From positions 128,001 to 192,000 of the forward strand of contig CAWCNS010000009.1 in the NCBI GenBank assembly GCA_963796965.1: a DNA stretch of 64,000 bases, in the 5' to 3' direction. Origin of the DNA: Calditrichia bacterium (GTDB lineage: Bacteria > Calditrichota > Calditrichia > JAJRVZ01). Under the pieces are notes generated by a model that worked only from the letters and a program-made list of their open reading frames with translations, made no database searches and was not told the DNA's origin. Both the position numbers and the translations under genes were made by a program. Shown one piece after another: positions 43,897 through 58,687 of the stretch (position 1 is the first letter of the stretch; every line of letters begins with the position of its first letter).

Positions 43897-46697
43897 ATGC
43901 GTTTTAAAATCTCTGCAGCATTTTTAATTTCTCTTTTTATTTTAATTCTATCAGGGTGCACGTCACAAAAATCAGAATTAAAAATTGACTATGAAAAGTA
44001 CACATTAACCAATGGTCTGGAAGTTATCTTGCACGAAGATCGTTCAGATCCAATTGCTTCTGTTGCCATTCTCTATCATGTGGGATCAAATCGCGAGGAG
44101 AGAGGTAAAACTGGTTTTGCACATCTTTTCGAACATATGCTCTTTCAAGAGTCACAACATGTAGGTCAGGATCAGTTTTTCAAAAAAATCCAGGATGCTG
44201 GTGGAACCCTAAACGGCGGTACATGGGAAGATGGAACGATCTATTATGAAGTTGTACCCAATAATGCCCTGGAAATGGTTCTTTGGCTGGAAGCGGATCG
44301 TATGGGTTATTTATTAAGTACGGTAACAGCTGAAGCATTCGCCAACCAACAAGAAGTAGTTATGAATGAAAAAAGGCAGCGTGTCGATAACAATCCCTAT
44401 GGACATACCAGTACATCATTGAGAAACTTCTTTATCCCGAGGATCACCCTTATAATTGGCAAGTGATTGGTTCCATGGACGATTTACGTCAGGCAACACT
44501 TAAGGACGTTCGGGACTTTTATAAGAAATGGTATGGACCCAACAATGCAACCATCGTTGTGGCCGGTGATTTTGACGTCACCCAGACAAAAGATTGGGTG
44601 GAGAAGTATTTTGGTGAGATTAAAGCGAGTGAGAAAGTACCGGATCCGACACCAATGTATACAAGTCTTACTGAGACAAAGCGGGCTTCCTATGAAGACA
44701 AATTTGCAAAATCACCTGAATTGAATATCGTTCTTCCAACAGTAGAGCAATTCACAAAAGATGCGTATGCTTTAGATCTAATGGGTGAACTATTCGCTGA
44801 GGGTAAAAAAGCACCCCTTTATAAAGTCATTGTGGAAGAAGACAAACTCGCGCCTTCCGTTTCAGCCTATAATAGTAGCCAGGAAATCACAGGTTATTTC
44901 CGAATCCGCATTCGTGCTTTCCCCACCAGTAATTTGACGGATGTGGAAAAGTCTATTAACAAAGCCTTCGAAATGTTCGAAACAGAAAAATTTAGCGAGG
45001 CAGATCTTAAGGCTAAAAAAGCCAAATGGGAAACCGCCTTTTACAATGGTATAGCGAGTTTACTAAACAAATCTTTTAACCTGGCCCAGTATAACGAATA
45101 TGCCGGCTCGCCCGGATTCATAGGTAAAGAGCTTCAGGGCATACAAGACGTGAGCAGTGATGATATCTGGCATGTATATAATAAATATATCAAGAATAAG
45201 CCCTTTGTCCTCACGAGCTTTGTTCCCGAAGGAAAAACTGATCTCATCGCTGAGAATTCAATTCCCTTCAAAATCGAGGAAGAATCAGTAAAGGAGCAAA
45301 AGAAGGTTGCTGTTGCTGATAAAGATGAAAAGATTGAAAAAATTCCAACTAAGTTCGATCGCAATATTGAGCCTCCAAAAGGAACCGATCCTTTGCTCAA
45401 AGTCCCGGCCATCTGGGAGAATAAGCTGGCGAATGGATTAAAACTCTTTGGTATTGGACATCATGAATTACCATTAATTCAATTCACGCTGACCTTACAT
45501 GGTGGTATGTTGCTGGATAATCCTCAAAAAATTGGTGTCGCCAACCTGATGACCGACATTATGATGCAAGGCACCAAAAATAAAACGCCCATCGAATTAG
45601 AAGAGGCCATTGATGCTTTAGGGGCATCGATTGGGATGTATACAAACAAAGAGGCAATTGTAATTAGGGCAAATACCCTTACATCAACCTTTGACCAGAC
45701 GTACGCCTTAGTCGAAGAGATTTTGCTTGAACCGCGATGGGATGAAAAAGAATTCGCCCGCGTTAAAAAGCAAACGATTGAAGGAATCAATCGAAGTCAG
45801 GCAAATCCAAATGCCATTGCCTCAAATGTTTTTAGCAAACTGTTGTATGGGGAAGAAAATATTCTGTCCAATAGCACATTGGGGACCGTCGCATCTGTAG
45901 AATCCATTAATATTGAAGATATGAAAGAATTTTACCAAAACTATTTTTCTCCTTCTCTTTCCTACCTCTCTATTGTCGGTGATATTTCTGAGGAAAAAGC
46001 CATTGCGACTTTCAGTTCTCTGGAGAATAAATGGCCGGCCAAAGATGTTAAAATCCCTGAACATCCACTTCCAAAACCGCTAAACAAATCAAAAGTTTAT
46101 TTCGTAGACTTTCCGGGAGCCAAGCAATCGGTAATCAGAATTGGGAATCTTTCCTTAGCCCGTACTGATCCTGATTTCTATCCCGCCTATGTAATGAATT
46201 ATAAGTTAGGCGGTAGTTTTAGCGGGGTTGTCAATTTGATATTGCGCGAAGAAAAGGGTTTTACTTATGGTGCCAGAACGTCATTTAATGGTACAAATAC
46301 ATCAGGACCGTTTACTGCAAGTGCATCCGTACAATCTAATGCCACACTAGAATCAACACAGATATTCAAAGATGAAATGATGAAATACAAGAAGGGTGTT
46401 CCTGCTGAAGATCTGGACTTTACAAAAAATGCCTTAATAAAGTCAAATGCCCGGCGATTTGAAACCATCTCTGCTTTACTGGCCATGCTTAACAATATCG
46501 CCAAATACGATCTTCCAAAAGATTATGTAAAACAGAATGAAAAAATTATCCGCGAGATGACCCTGGAACAGCATAAAGAATTGGCCAATAAATATATTCA
46601 TCCGGATAAAATGATTTATCTTGTCGTGGGTGATGCCAAGACACAATTAAAACCACTCAAAAAACTTGGATTTGGTATGCCCACTGTTATTGGATAA
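43897..46697 (+). CDS. M16 family zinc metallopeptidase (PqqL-like lipoprotein), frameshift near 44410-44463
   Basis: Lipobox LSGC; GFAHLFEHM (HxxEH), NEKRQR, LREEKGFTYG. Confidence 0.92.
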
Positions 46698-46724
46698 GGA
46701 AGGAAATCCAAAATAGGAAGAAGA

Positions 46725-46848
46725 GTCCACGAATTACACTCGTAGAACGAGCCAGACCGAATTTTCACTAATTAATAAGAAAATGATTGAATATCTTTAA
46801 CAAATGCTATCAATTATTAATTCGCGTTAATTTGTGTAATTCGTGGAC
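46725..46848. repeat. Inverted tandem-repeat element (CACGAATT family) with nested insert
   Basis: gtccacgaattacac-[tcgtagaacgagccagacc]-gaattttcactaatta ... taattcgcgttaatttgtgtaattcgtggac. Confidence 0.75.
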
Positions 46849-46880
46849 AAATATCTTTGCGTCTCTGCGAGAGAAAAATG

Positions 46881-47070
46881 AAACACAAAGGACACAAAGT
46901 AGCCACAAAGGACACGGAGAAAAGACTTTTTATAATTTTTTTTATTTCGGCTTACTTAGACCTGTGATTTTAAACTATTGCTTGGAGTAAGCAAGATCTA
47001 AAACCCTAATTTTTGTCTTTTTTCTTTTGTCCTTTTTCTTATTCTCTGCGTCTCTGCGTCTCTGCGAGAG
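46881..47070. mobile_element. MITE-like element (CACAAAG/CGCAGAG family, conserved interior)
   Basis: aaacacaaaggacacaaagtagccacaaaggacacggag ... atttcgg ... gtaagcaagatctaaaacccta ... ctctgcgtctctgcgtctctgcgagag. Confidence 0.7.
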
Positions 47071-47092
47071 AGATCCAATTATTCCGAAACCA

Positions 47093-49351
47093 CTAAAGTC
47101 GCTTTACTGCCTCAACAATCGCCTTTGTTGTAATCCCAAAATGCTCCCAGACCTCCATATGTCCTTCAGAAGGCGCAATTTGTGGGTCGCTGATGCCGAT
47201 ATGTTCTAAGGGCAATTTCGTCCCATAAGCCGCCGATCTTACTATCCCGGCAAAGCCGGTCAATCCGGTTGAGGGGCTACCAATGATACCGTCTTCGATC
47301 GTCACAAGACCCTTCGGATAATTCTCGATTATTTTTTCCAATTGATTTTTCTTTAGGGGTAATCCGTTAATAATAAGCACATCCACCTTCTTTTTAGTAT
47401 CCTCCAATTTTTCAAAAGCCTCACCAGCCAGAAAGGCAGGTGCACCCAGGGCAAGGATAGCCCTCTTCGCCCCTTTACTATCGCGGTACTTGGTTACAGC
47501 TTCCCATTTTGAGGTACCTTCCCACAGGGCTTTGTCGCTCTTCTGTTTTGTTAAAATAGGCAGATTATCACGCGGAATACCAATGATATGCCCGCCATAA
47601 TTAGCTGCCAGATCAAGCACAGCTATAAAAGCGGCCCGGGCATCAGCCGGTGCATAAAAACGGTGTAAATAGGGGAGATAGGATATCCCGAGATTAATCC
47701 AATCCAGACTCCAACCGGAGAAATGATCCCGGCCGGTACAGGAGCCAACATGGGAAAGATGCATGGTCGCGTTTAGCCCTTCATTGACACCATTTAGATT
47801 CCGTTGATAACGCCACATTTCAAACCCTTCTCTGGCAATACCTTCAAAAAAAGCAGCAAATGTTGAAAATACATTTAATTGGGGTTTGGAAGAACTCATG
47901 GCCAATCCATTTACCATCATCGCCGATACTTGTTCCTGGATACTCATCTCAAAGGAATGACCCTCCGGGAGAAGTTTGACAGCCGATCCAAGTTTGGTTG
48001 AAGGATCTAAATCACAACTGACATTAAACATTTTTTGAGGAAATTTTTTAGCAACGGCCGCATAACCAACATCGACACCGTTACGCGGACTGACGCTTTT
48101 ACCCGGCTCTGGCAAGGAGACTTTCTTGATTATAGAATCCGGCACAATCAGGTTATCGGTACCAGGCGCTGGTCTTGCTTTTGTGACAACTTTCTTTCCT
48201 GGTTTGGCCAGAAGATCTTGCCATATTTTTTCTTGCCGGCTTGATAATGAGAGCATCGGATTACTTAATACCATTTCTGCATCTCTGCCCTTCATATGCC
48301 CATCATGATGACCCTTTCCTCCCGGAAGATCATTGACCAGAAAGACACATTCCAGCATGGGATCAACATCGCGATAACTCATTAAAGAACCCGGTACCCA
48401 GACTTTGGTGCCTAAGGCAACATTATTTTTCGTCGCAATTTCTTTAACTGCATCCGAGATTTGATACATTTCAGCAAGTTTATTGAGCGATGTTCTTGAT
48501 TTAGGATAGCCCGCCGGATATATCATCGAAGGTACACCAGATTCAGCAAGACTTGACGCCTCTTTATAGGCGTCAAAAAGAGAATCAGGATTATGAAGGC
48601 TGTCAATCTCAAGAATTTTTATACCCAGGGAAGCAATGATCGGACGTGGATCCTTATCCATAATCTGACGATTAGAACCGGATAATTGAATACCATTGCG
48701 GTGCATGATAAAGGTGATCGGAGCTTTTTGCAGATCAGCAGCATTAAATCCATTAAGGGCCTGACCTGAAATCCAACCGGCATCACCGCAATGGGTCAAC
48801 ACCCAGGCATCTTTGCCATAATTGGCCTTTTTTCCGAGAGCCTGCCCAACCGCTACCGGTATCATCACGCCAAGCCGCCCACCATTCAACTGCGTGCCAC
48901 CTGGCACCCAGGAGACATGGCCGGCAATATCCAGACTCCGTCTAAACCGCTTGATAACATCCTTGTCTTCAAGAAAACCATAGGTTGAGAGTCCGGCGTA
49001 ATAACCAACACTGCAATGGGCATTTTCTATGGTGTAGGCAACTTTTTCATAATCTGTAACAGCTAAGGTCATAATAAAAGCAGATAGCAAATCGAGACCA
49101 CCACCCAGGTGATCTAACTCATTGATCTCTGCCAGGGAGGCAAGGGTAAGAATCGCGGTTCGGGCGGCCTGAATTTCCAGAACTTCAAGAATCGCTTTTT
49201 GTTGAATCGTCAATTTTTGTTGCTTCTTCACATCGAGGGAAAAAGGAATAACTTTGGATTCAATTTTTTCTCCCAGATATTTCGAAGATTTCAACAGTTT
49301 CTTATTAATTTTTTGCTGCTCTTTCAGTAGTACATCATCATTCTTTCCCAT
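47093..49351 (-). CDS. Transketolase-like ThDP-dependent enzyme (divergent)
   Basis: DHLGGGL, GRLGVMIPVAVGQAL, ThDP motif GDAG..SG...N, DLDPST, SIQEQ, STFAAF, GRDH, APAD. Confidence 0.75.
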   Translation of the reverse strand: MGKNDDVLLKEQQKINKKLLKSSKYLGEKIESKVIPFSLDVKKQQKLTIQQKAILEVLEIQAARTAILTLASLAEINELDHLGGGLDLLSAFIMTLAVTDYEKVAYTIENAHCSVGYYAGLSTYGFLEDKDVIKRFRRSLDIAGHVSWVPGGTQLNGGRLGVMIPVAVGQALGKKANYGKDAWVLTHCGDAGWISGQALNGFNAADLQKAPITFIMHRNGIQLSGSNRQIMDKDPRPIIASLGIKILEIDSLHNPDSLFDAYKEASSLAESGVPSMIYPAGYPKSRTSLNKLAEMYQISDAVKEIATKNNVALGTKVWVPGSLMSYRDVDPMLECVFLVNDLPGGKGHHDGHMKGRDAEMVLSNPMLSLSSRQEKIWQDLLAKPGKKVVTKARPAPGTDNLIVPDSIIKKVSLPEPGKSVSPRNGVDVGYAAVAKKFPQKMFNVSCDLDPSTKLGSAVKLLPEGHSFEMSIQEQVSAMMVNGLAMSSSKPQLNVFSTFAAFFEGIAREGFEMWRYQRNLNGVNEGLNATMHLSHVGSCTGRDHFSGWSLDWINLGISYLPYLHRFYAPADARAAFIAVLDLAANYGGHIIGIPRDNLPILTKQKSDKALWEGTSKWEAVTKYRDSKGAKRAILALGAPAFLAGEAFEKLEDTKKKVDVLIINGLPLKKNQLEKIIENYPKGLVTIEDGIIGSPSTGLTGFAGIVRSAAYGTKLPLEHIGISDPQIAPSEGHMEVWEHFGITTKAIVEAVKRL

Positions 49352-49394
49352 AATAACTCCTTCTGCTACACTTTTATTATTTGTGTCAATTTTA

Positions 49395-49462
49395 TTTCTC
49401 GTAGAGACGCCAAGACGCTGAGATCGCAGAGAATACAGTTAATAATTCTTGGGATTCGTGGA
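49395..49462. repeat. Fragments of tandem-repeat element arms
   Basis: tctcgtagagacgccaagacgctgagatcgcagag and attcgtggac, matching arms at 46848 and 47045. Confidence 0.5.
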
Positions 49463-49472
49463 CAAAAATCTT

Positions 49473-50689
49473 TTATGCCCCAAACTTCATAATCCTTTCT
49501 GCTGCAGCCAAAACTTCCAAGCATAATATTTTTCATCACCATTCTACCCAAACCACCCTGTCCACACTGGGTTTCCCCAAATTGGTCGGTATGATCATTT
49601 CGGTTCAATCCATTCCTGGTGTGCAATAAGGCAGGTACCGGATGCCAGCTATGGGCAGACATAACCGCTGGTGTAGAGTGATCTCCGGTTATCAACAATA
49701 CATCGGGATTTAATTCATCAAGTTTTTTAACCCAGGTATCAACTTCTTCTATGACACCAACCTTTGCATCAAAATTACCATCTTCTCCATAACTATCCGT
49801 TTTTTTGAAGTGTACAAAGAAAAAGTCATAATCATCATAATGATCCGCTAATTGCTGAAACATGGCATCATACGTTTCAGGACGGGGAAGGACATCCATT
49901 CCTACCAATCGGGCAAGACCCCTGTACATGGGGTATTGGGCAACAGCGGCGCATTTTATTCCATATCTTTCTTCCATAGTTGGTAAGGGTTCATGTTTGG
50001 CAAATCCGCGGGCAAGAATAAAATTTGCCGGTGCGTCATCTTTCAGAACCTCTTTAGCTTTTGCCAAAAATTCATTAACATATTTTGCCGCTTTATTGGA
50101 GGCGTCATCCTTACCAACCGCTTGTAATGGTGGCACACTCTGTTTTCTGGGAATCGGTATCATTGATATTACCACCAAGATCATCACCCCGTATGACCAA
50201 TAAGGCCCGATGTTCTGATTCTGTTTTCATAAAAAATTCGATACCATCGGATAAGGTAATATTATCCTGAAGCTTTTGACATAATTTTTCATTTAAATCT
50301 GTTGGAATTCGCCCTGCCCGACGATCCGTAACATTACCATCCGCATCAAGCGTGCAAAAATTTAATCGCGCACATACATCCCTACCGGTAACGGCAAAAT
50401 CAACACCAAGTGCTGAAAGGATGCCTCGTCCCACATTATCCTCGATCGGGTCATAACCAAATAAGGCCAGATGGGCAGGACCTGAACCCGGGGTAATGCC
50501 ATAGCCAATCGGATCCAGTAAAGCCAGGCTACCTTCTTTGGCCAATTTATCAAGATTAGGGGTACTGGCTGATTCCAACTCGGTCTTTCCACCGACATCC
50601 CTGGGCAAACCACCCAACCCATCCATGATCAGATAAACTATTTTTGATTTATTCTTTGTAATTAATGTGTTTAATATTTCCTGCTTCAT
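49473..50689 (-). CDS. apgM: 2,3-bisphosphoglycerate-independent phosphoglycerate mutase (archaeal type), frameshifted
   Basis: IMDGLGG, TPNLDKLA, PGSGPAHLALFGYDP, HFKKTDSYGEDG, ITGDHSTP, HSWHPVP; ends KFGA in a shifted frame. Confidence 0.9.
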
Positions 50690-50729
50690 TACTTGCTCCT
50701 CAATCATTTTATAATTTATAAAAAAATAT

Positions 50730-50925
50730 TACCACAGAGTACACAGAGTAAATATACAATTATTATTAAATTGAACCTGATTACACTTTCATTCTCTCCG
50801 TGTTCTCTGTGGTTTCATATATTTTCTGGTTTCAGCTAAATGCCACACTTTGCCTGATAATTAACAGAATAAGTATAATATCTATTATGTAAAATTCTTT
50901 GCGTCTTTGCGTCTCTGCGTGAAAT
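50730..50925. repeat. Inverted tandem-repeat element plus a solo right arm
   Basis: accacagagtacacagag ... ctctccgtgttctctgtggt; ctttgcgtctttgcgtctctgcgtgaaat. Confidence 0.65.
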
Positions 50926-51008
50926 TTTAAAATAATATACAGTTAGCCTTTTAAATTAACGATAATGTCAATTTGATTCAACCGCTTTTAAAACTGTAAA
51001 TTCAAATA

Positions 51009-53417
51009 ATGGCTATACAAATAAACAATAAACAAATCCAGCTTTCCGTCCGGGATCTTGCCCGGACGGCCGCCCATAAAAGTAAACTTCTTACGCCCTT
51101 CCCTTTACCCCAGCGAGGCATGTTAGGAAAACAGGCACAGGCGAAAGTGCAAAAAAAAGAAACAACTCTCCGCGGAATTTTTCATCAGGAAAAACACGTT
51201 CGGCAGGTATTCAAATACAGGGGATACACAATAACCGTACAGGGACGAATTGACGGTCTGTTTGAAAGACCCGACCAGATTGATATTGAAGAAATTAAAT
51301 CGGTCATTCTTCAGGCAAAGGATTTTAAAAACATTGACATAGATGATTATCAGGAATATACAGATCAGGTCCTGATTTATGCCTATCTTATTCAAAAGGA
51401 CCAGCCAAAGATCAGAATTAATCCGGTTCTTATTCTGATCAATCTGATTAACGATCAGGTGAAAAAATTTATTTTACCCTTTATTGCCAATAAAGTTAAA
51501 AATCTTATTCATCAAAAATTCTCAGAAATTATTCAAAATTATACAAATGATGAAAAAAAATATCAAAAGCAATTAAAAAGCCTGGCAGCCATAGACTTTG
51601 CCCTTCCTGAATTACGCCGGCAACAACAAGAGATCATCTCCACGCTCTCTCAAGCATTACAAGATCAAACACATGTAATGATATCGGCTCCAACGGGTAC
51701 CGGTAAAACGGCGGGCGTTTTATATCCTGCCATTCAATATGCCATAAAAAACAGAAAACGTATCATTTACGTAACCCCTAAAACCACGCAGCAGGACATT
51801 ATTCGTCAAACCTACGGTTTATTGGCCGATCAGGGTTTAGAGATGACGGTCTGCTTCTTGCGCGCCAGTCGAAAGATGTGCGCCAATGACATCTTTTTTT
51901 GTCATGAGGATTATTGTCCCTTTGCCCGGAACTATCAGGACGAATCGTTAAAATCCAATCTTTTAGCAGAATTATTAAAAGAAAAAACGATCCTTCCTGA
52001 GACTGTTTACGAAAAAGCAAAAAATCAGGGCATGTGCCCCTCAGAAGTGATGTTTGATATTGCGATGCAGGCGGATATACTTGTCGGTGATTACAATTAT
52101 ATATTTGATCCGCAGGTACAAATCAGACATCTTTTTCAATCCGATGATCTTTCGGATTGGATTTTAATAATAGATGAAGCACATAATCTATATGATAGAG
52201 CGATCACTTCCCTTTCTCCTTCGATGAGTCATCAGGAATTAAAGGAATTAAAAAAGGGCATTATAAATAAAAAACACCGCGTTTATCAAAAGTTATATAA
52301 GTCCCTTGAAAACATTGAACATTTATTTAGAGAACTATACAAGGAAGGTAGGAACAACTATCCGGATCAACAGTATTTTATACATCAACTTGATCTATCC
52401 GTCTGGAAAAAAGCCTTGTTTGATTATGAAATGGCATTTATTGGATATCTTATGTTTAAGATCAAAAAGAATTTGTTGATTCTTGAGGATCCCTTTGAAG
52501 GATTTTATTATGCTTTAAGGGGTTTTATCCGGATAGCCGAGCTGGAAAGAAGAGAATTTGTTCCCTATTATGAAGCAGGACACAAGGGTTCTTTAACGAT
52601 TCAATGTGTCGATCCCTCTGAACATCTGCATAATAGTATTACCAGTTTTCATAATGCCATAGCCATGTCAGGAACATTAGATCCTATAAAATATTACAGA
52701 GAAAACCTGGGCTTTCCGGTCAACAATACGCAATTACTGGAGGTATCATCTCCTTTTTCCACTCAAAACAGACAGATTCTTATAATTCCCAATATATCCA
52801 CCTATTATAAAGATCGCCCGCGGCTATATCCGGATTATGCCAGGATTGTTAAGGATATATCATCTCTAAAATCGGGAAACTATATTGTATTTTGTCCAAG
52901 CTTTGAATTTATACAGAATATGTATCTTTTTCTCGCAACCCATGGTGCCGAAATTTTAATCCAACGTCCAAATCTAAGTCCAGTGGAGAAAGATGAATAC
53001 ATCGAACGGATGCATCAAAAAGATCAGCCCTGTCTTTTATTAGCCGTCATGGGGGGAATCTTTTCTGAAGGAATTGATCTCAGGGGAGATAAGTGCATTG
53101 GTGTCATCATATTTAGCCCTGCTCTACCGCCAATAACCATTGAGAAGGAATTAATAAAACATTACCATGATGAAAAAAATGGCATGGGTGTTGAGGCGGC
53201 CTATATATATCCGGGAATAAACAAAGTAATTCAGTCCGTTGGGCGATTGATTCGCTCCCATGATGATAAAGGTATTATTGTACTAACCGGTGAAAGATTT
53301 GCTCAGGAAGAGATCAATCAATTATTCCCGGCGTACTGGTTTGAAAATACAGGAGACGTAGTTATCACGGAGGATTATAAGACGACGATAGAAGACTTTT
53401 GGAGCAGATTTGAATAG
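51009..53417 (+). CDS. DinG/XPD family Fe-S helicase with N-terminal PD-(D/E)xK nuclease-like domain
   Basis: GRIDG...EEIKS...Q..IY; APTGTGKT; Cys residues of the Fe-S region; DEAHNL; SGTL; SEGID; QSVGRLIR. Confidence 0.9.
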   Translation: MAIQINNKQIQLSVRDLARTAAHKSKLLTPFPLPQRGMLGKQAQAKVQKKETTLRGIFHQEKHVRQVFKYRGYTITVQGRIDGLFERPDQIDIEEIKSVILQAKDFKNIDIDDYQEYTDQVLIYAYLIQKDQPKIRINPVLILINLINDQVKKFILPFIANKVKNLIHQKFSEIIQNYTNDEKKYQKQLKSLAAIDFALPELRRQQQEIISTLSQALQDQTHVMISAPTGTGKTAGVLYPAIQYAIKNRKRIIYVTPKTTQQDIIRQTYGLLADQGLEMTVCFLRASRKMCANDIFFCHEDYCPFARNYQDESLKSNLLAELLKEKTILPETVYEKAKNQGMCPSEVMFDIAMQADILVGDYNYIFDPQVQIRHLFQSDDLSDWILIIDEAHNLYDRAITSLSPSMSHQELKELKKGIINKKHRVYQKLYKSLENIEHLFRELYKEGRNNYPDQQYFIHQLDLSVWKKALFDYEMAFIGYLMFKIKKNLLILEDPFEGFYYALRGFIRIAELERREFVPYYEAGHKGSLTIQCVDPSEHLHNSITSFHNAIAMSGTLDPIKYYRENLGFPVNNTQLLEVSSPFSTQNRQILIIPNISTYYKDRPRLYPDYARIVKDISSLKSGNYIVFCPSFEFIQNMYLFLATHGAEILIQRPNLSPVEKDEYIERMHQKDQPCLLLAVMGGIFSEGIDLRGDKCIGVIIFSPALPPITIEKELIKHYHDEKNGMGVEAAYIYPGINKVIQSVGRLIRSHDDKGIIVLTGERFAQEEINQLFPAYWFENTGDVVITEDYKTTIEDFWSRFE

Positions 53418-53435
53418 GCAGGAGAGCAAAAAATT

Positions 53436-53682
53436 TAACCGCAAAGACGCAAAGAAGGCGCAAAGCCCGCAAAGAAAATAATAGGGTTTTAGATCGTGGT
53501 TACTCTAATTTATTTATTGAATGTGTTGATCTCTTAACAACAAAATATTTTATTTAAATTTATAATGTATCTTTAAAATTAATTACAGTTATTTTTGCAA
53601 TATTTGAATCAACACTAACTAAAATCTAAAAAATTAAAAAAAACTTTGCGTGCTTTGCGCCTTCTTTGCGTCTTTGCGGTTA
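53436..53682. mobile_element. MITE-like element (CGCAAAG arms) between convergent genes
   Basis: taaccgcaaagacgcaaagaaggcgcaaagcccgcaaag ... ctttgcgtgctttgcgccttctttgcgtctttgcggtta (near-perfect inverted arms); interior tagggttttagatc. Confidence 0.75.
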
Positions 53683-53690
53683 GAACAATC

Positions 53691-54684
53691 TTACATATAA
53701 CTCTTCAATACCTTCATATAGTTAGCACGTTCATAAGCAGCTGGTTCGGCAACAGATTTATGACTCATGCTGCCTTTCATCTGTTTTACAGACTCATATT
53801 CATGCTCTTCCATCCACTGATTCATACCATCGATGAGTGTTTTAATATGCTCAATGCCATTTTGAAACAGGGACGCGCAAAGCTGGGTCACGTCAGCACC
53901 AACCATGATCATTTTTAAAACATCTTCAGCCGTATGAATACCTGAAGTGGCAGCCATACTTGCCTTAATTTTTCCATAGAGGATGGCAATCCAGCGTAAA
54001 GGTACACGCATAGATTCAGATGTACTTAAAACCAAATTCGGAACAACTTCCAGATTTTCCAAGATCGATATCCGGTTGATAAAAACGATTAAATAAAACC
54101 AGCGCATCGACACCAACTTCATCGAACTTTTTCGCCATATGGGAAAGATGAAGTAAAATAGGGCGACAATTTAAGTGCAACAGGAATCGTAACCGCATTT
54201 TTTACAGCTTTTAATACATTCAATATAATTATCTTCTATTTCCTGCGGACTTTTATTCATATCCGTTGCCAGATAATATGAATTCAATTCAAGGGCATCA
54301 GCACCAGCTTCTTGCATATTACGGGCATATTCTGTCCATCCACCGTTTGAAACCCCATTTAAACTGGCAATAATAGGAATGTTGACTGCTTCTTTACATT
54401 TTTGGATATGTGCCAGATATTCATCAGGCCCAAAAGTATACATATCACTGTTCCGGGAAATAACTTGTTGCTTCTGCAAAACTTTCCGTACCCTGGGCCA
54501 GAAAATGATCCATTTCAAATTTCTCATGTATGATTTGTTCTTCAAAAAGAGATTCCAGAACCACAGCAGAGGCACCAACATCTTCCATCCTTTTAACAGT
54601 GGAAACATCGCGTCCTAATGGTGATGCTGAAGGGACTAATGGATTTTTCAATTTTAATCCCATATAAGTGGTTGTTAAATCCAT
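53691..54684 (-). CDS. Dihydroorotate dehydrogenase-like protein (nifJ-associated type), frameshifted
   Basis: [68 protein letters not shown]. Confidence 0.88.
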
Positions 54685-54741
54685 TGCATTACCTTTCTTT
54701 CTATTTTTATATTTTAATTTATAACCAAAGATAAGAGTATC

Positions 54742-54818
54742 AAAGTAAAAAGGTAAAAGGTAAAGGGCAAAAGGATTCCTTTTCCCTTTTCCTTATTACC
54801 TTGTTACCTGATTACCTA
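54742..54818. repeat. Heptamer inverted tandem repeat (AAAAGGT type)
   Basis: aaagtaaaaaggtaaaaggtaaagggcaaaagg ... cctttttcccttttccttattaccttgttacctgattacc. Confidence 0.6.
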
Positions 54819-58400
<3,582 letters not shown>

Positions 58401-58528
58401 TTATTCCTCCTCTTTTCGGATGTGATTGAATTTCCTGCCTTGGTAATGATTGGATCATTAAAAGATACGAAATAAATATAATCCTTGAAACCGTGCAGAT
58501 TACCGCTCATAATAGCTGTATATATATG

Positions 58529-58544
58529 ACAAGAAATATGCCAA
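58529..58544 (-). promoter_or_regulatory. Candidate sigma54 (-24/-12) promoter upstream of nifJ
   Basis: TTGGCATATTTCTTGT versus consensus TGGCAC-N5-TTGC; correct spacing, GT rather than GC at -12. Confidence 0.45.
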
Positions 58545-58687
58545 AAGGGTAATTACCCAACAAATCATTAAATAACAATAGGTTGCATCAAATGAATATT
58601 GTGAGAAAAATGTGTTTTTTCCTAAAATTTAGAAGATTTCTTTAAAAAAACCTAAAATTAAGAGAAAAGGAACAGAGGAAGGTAAAA

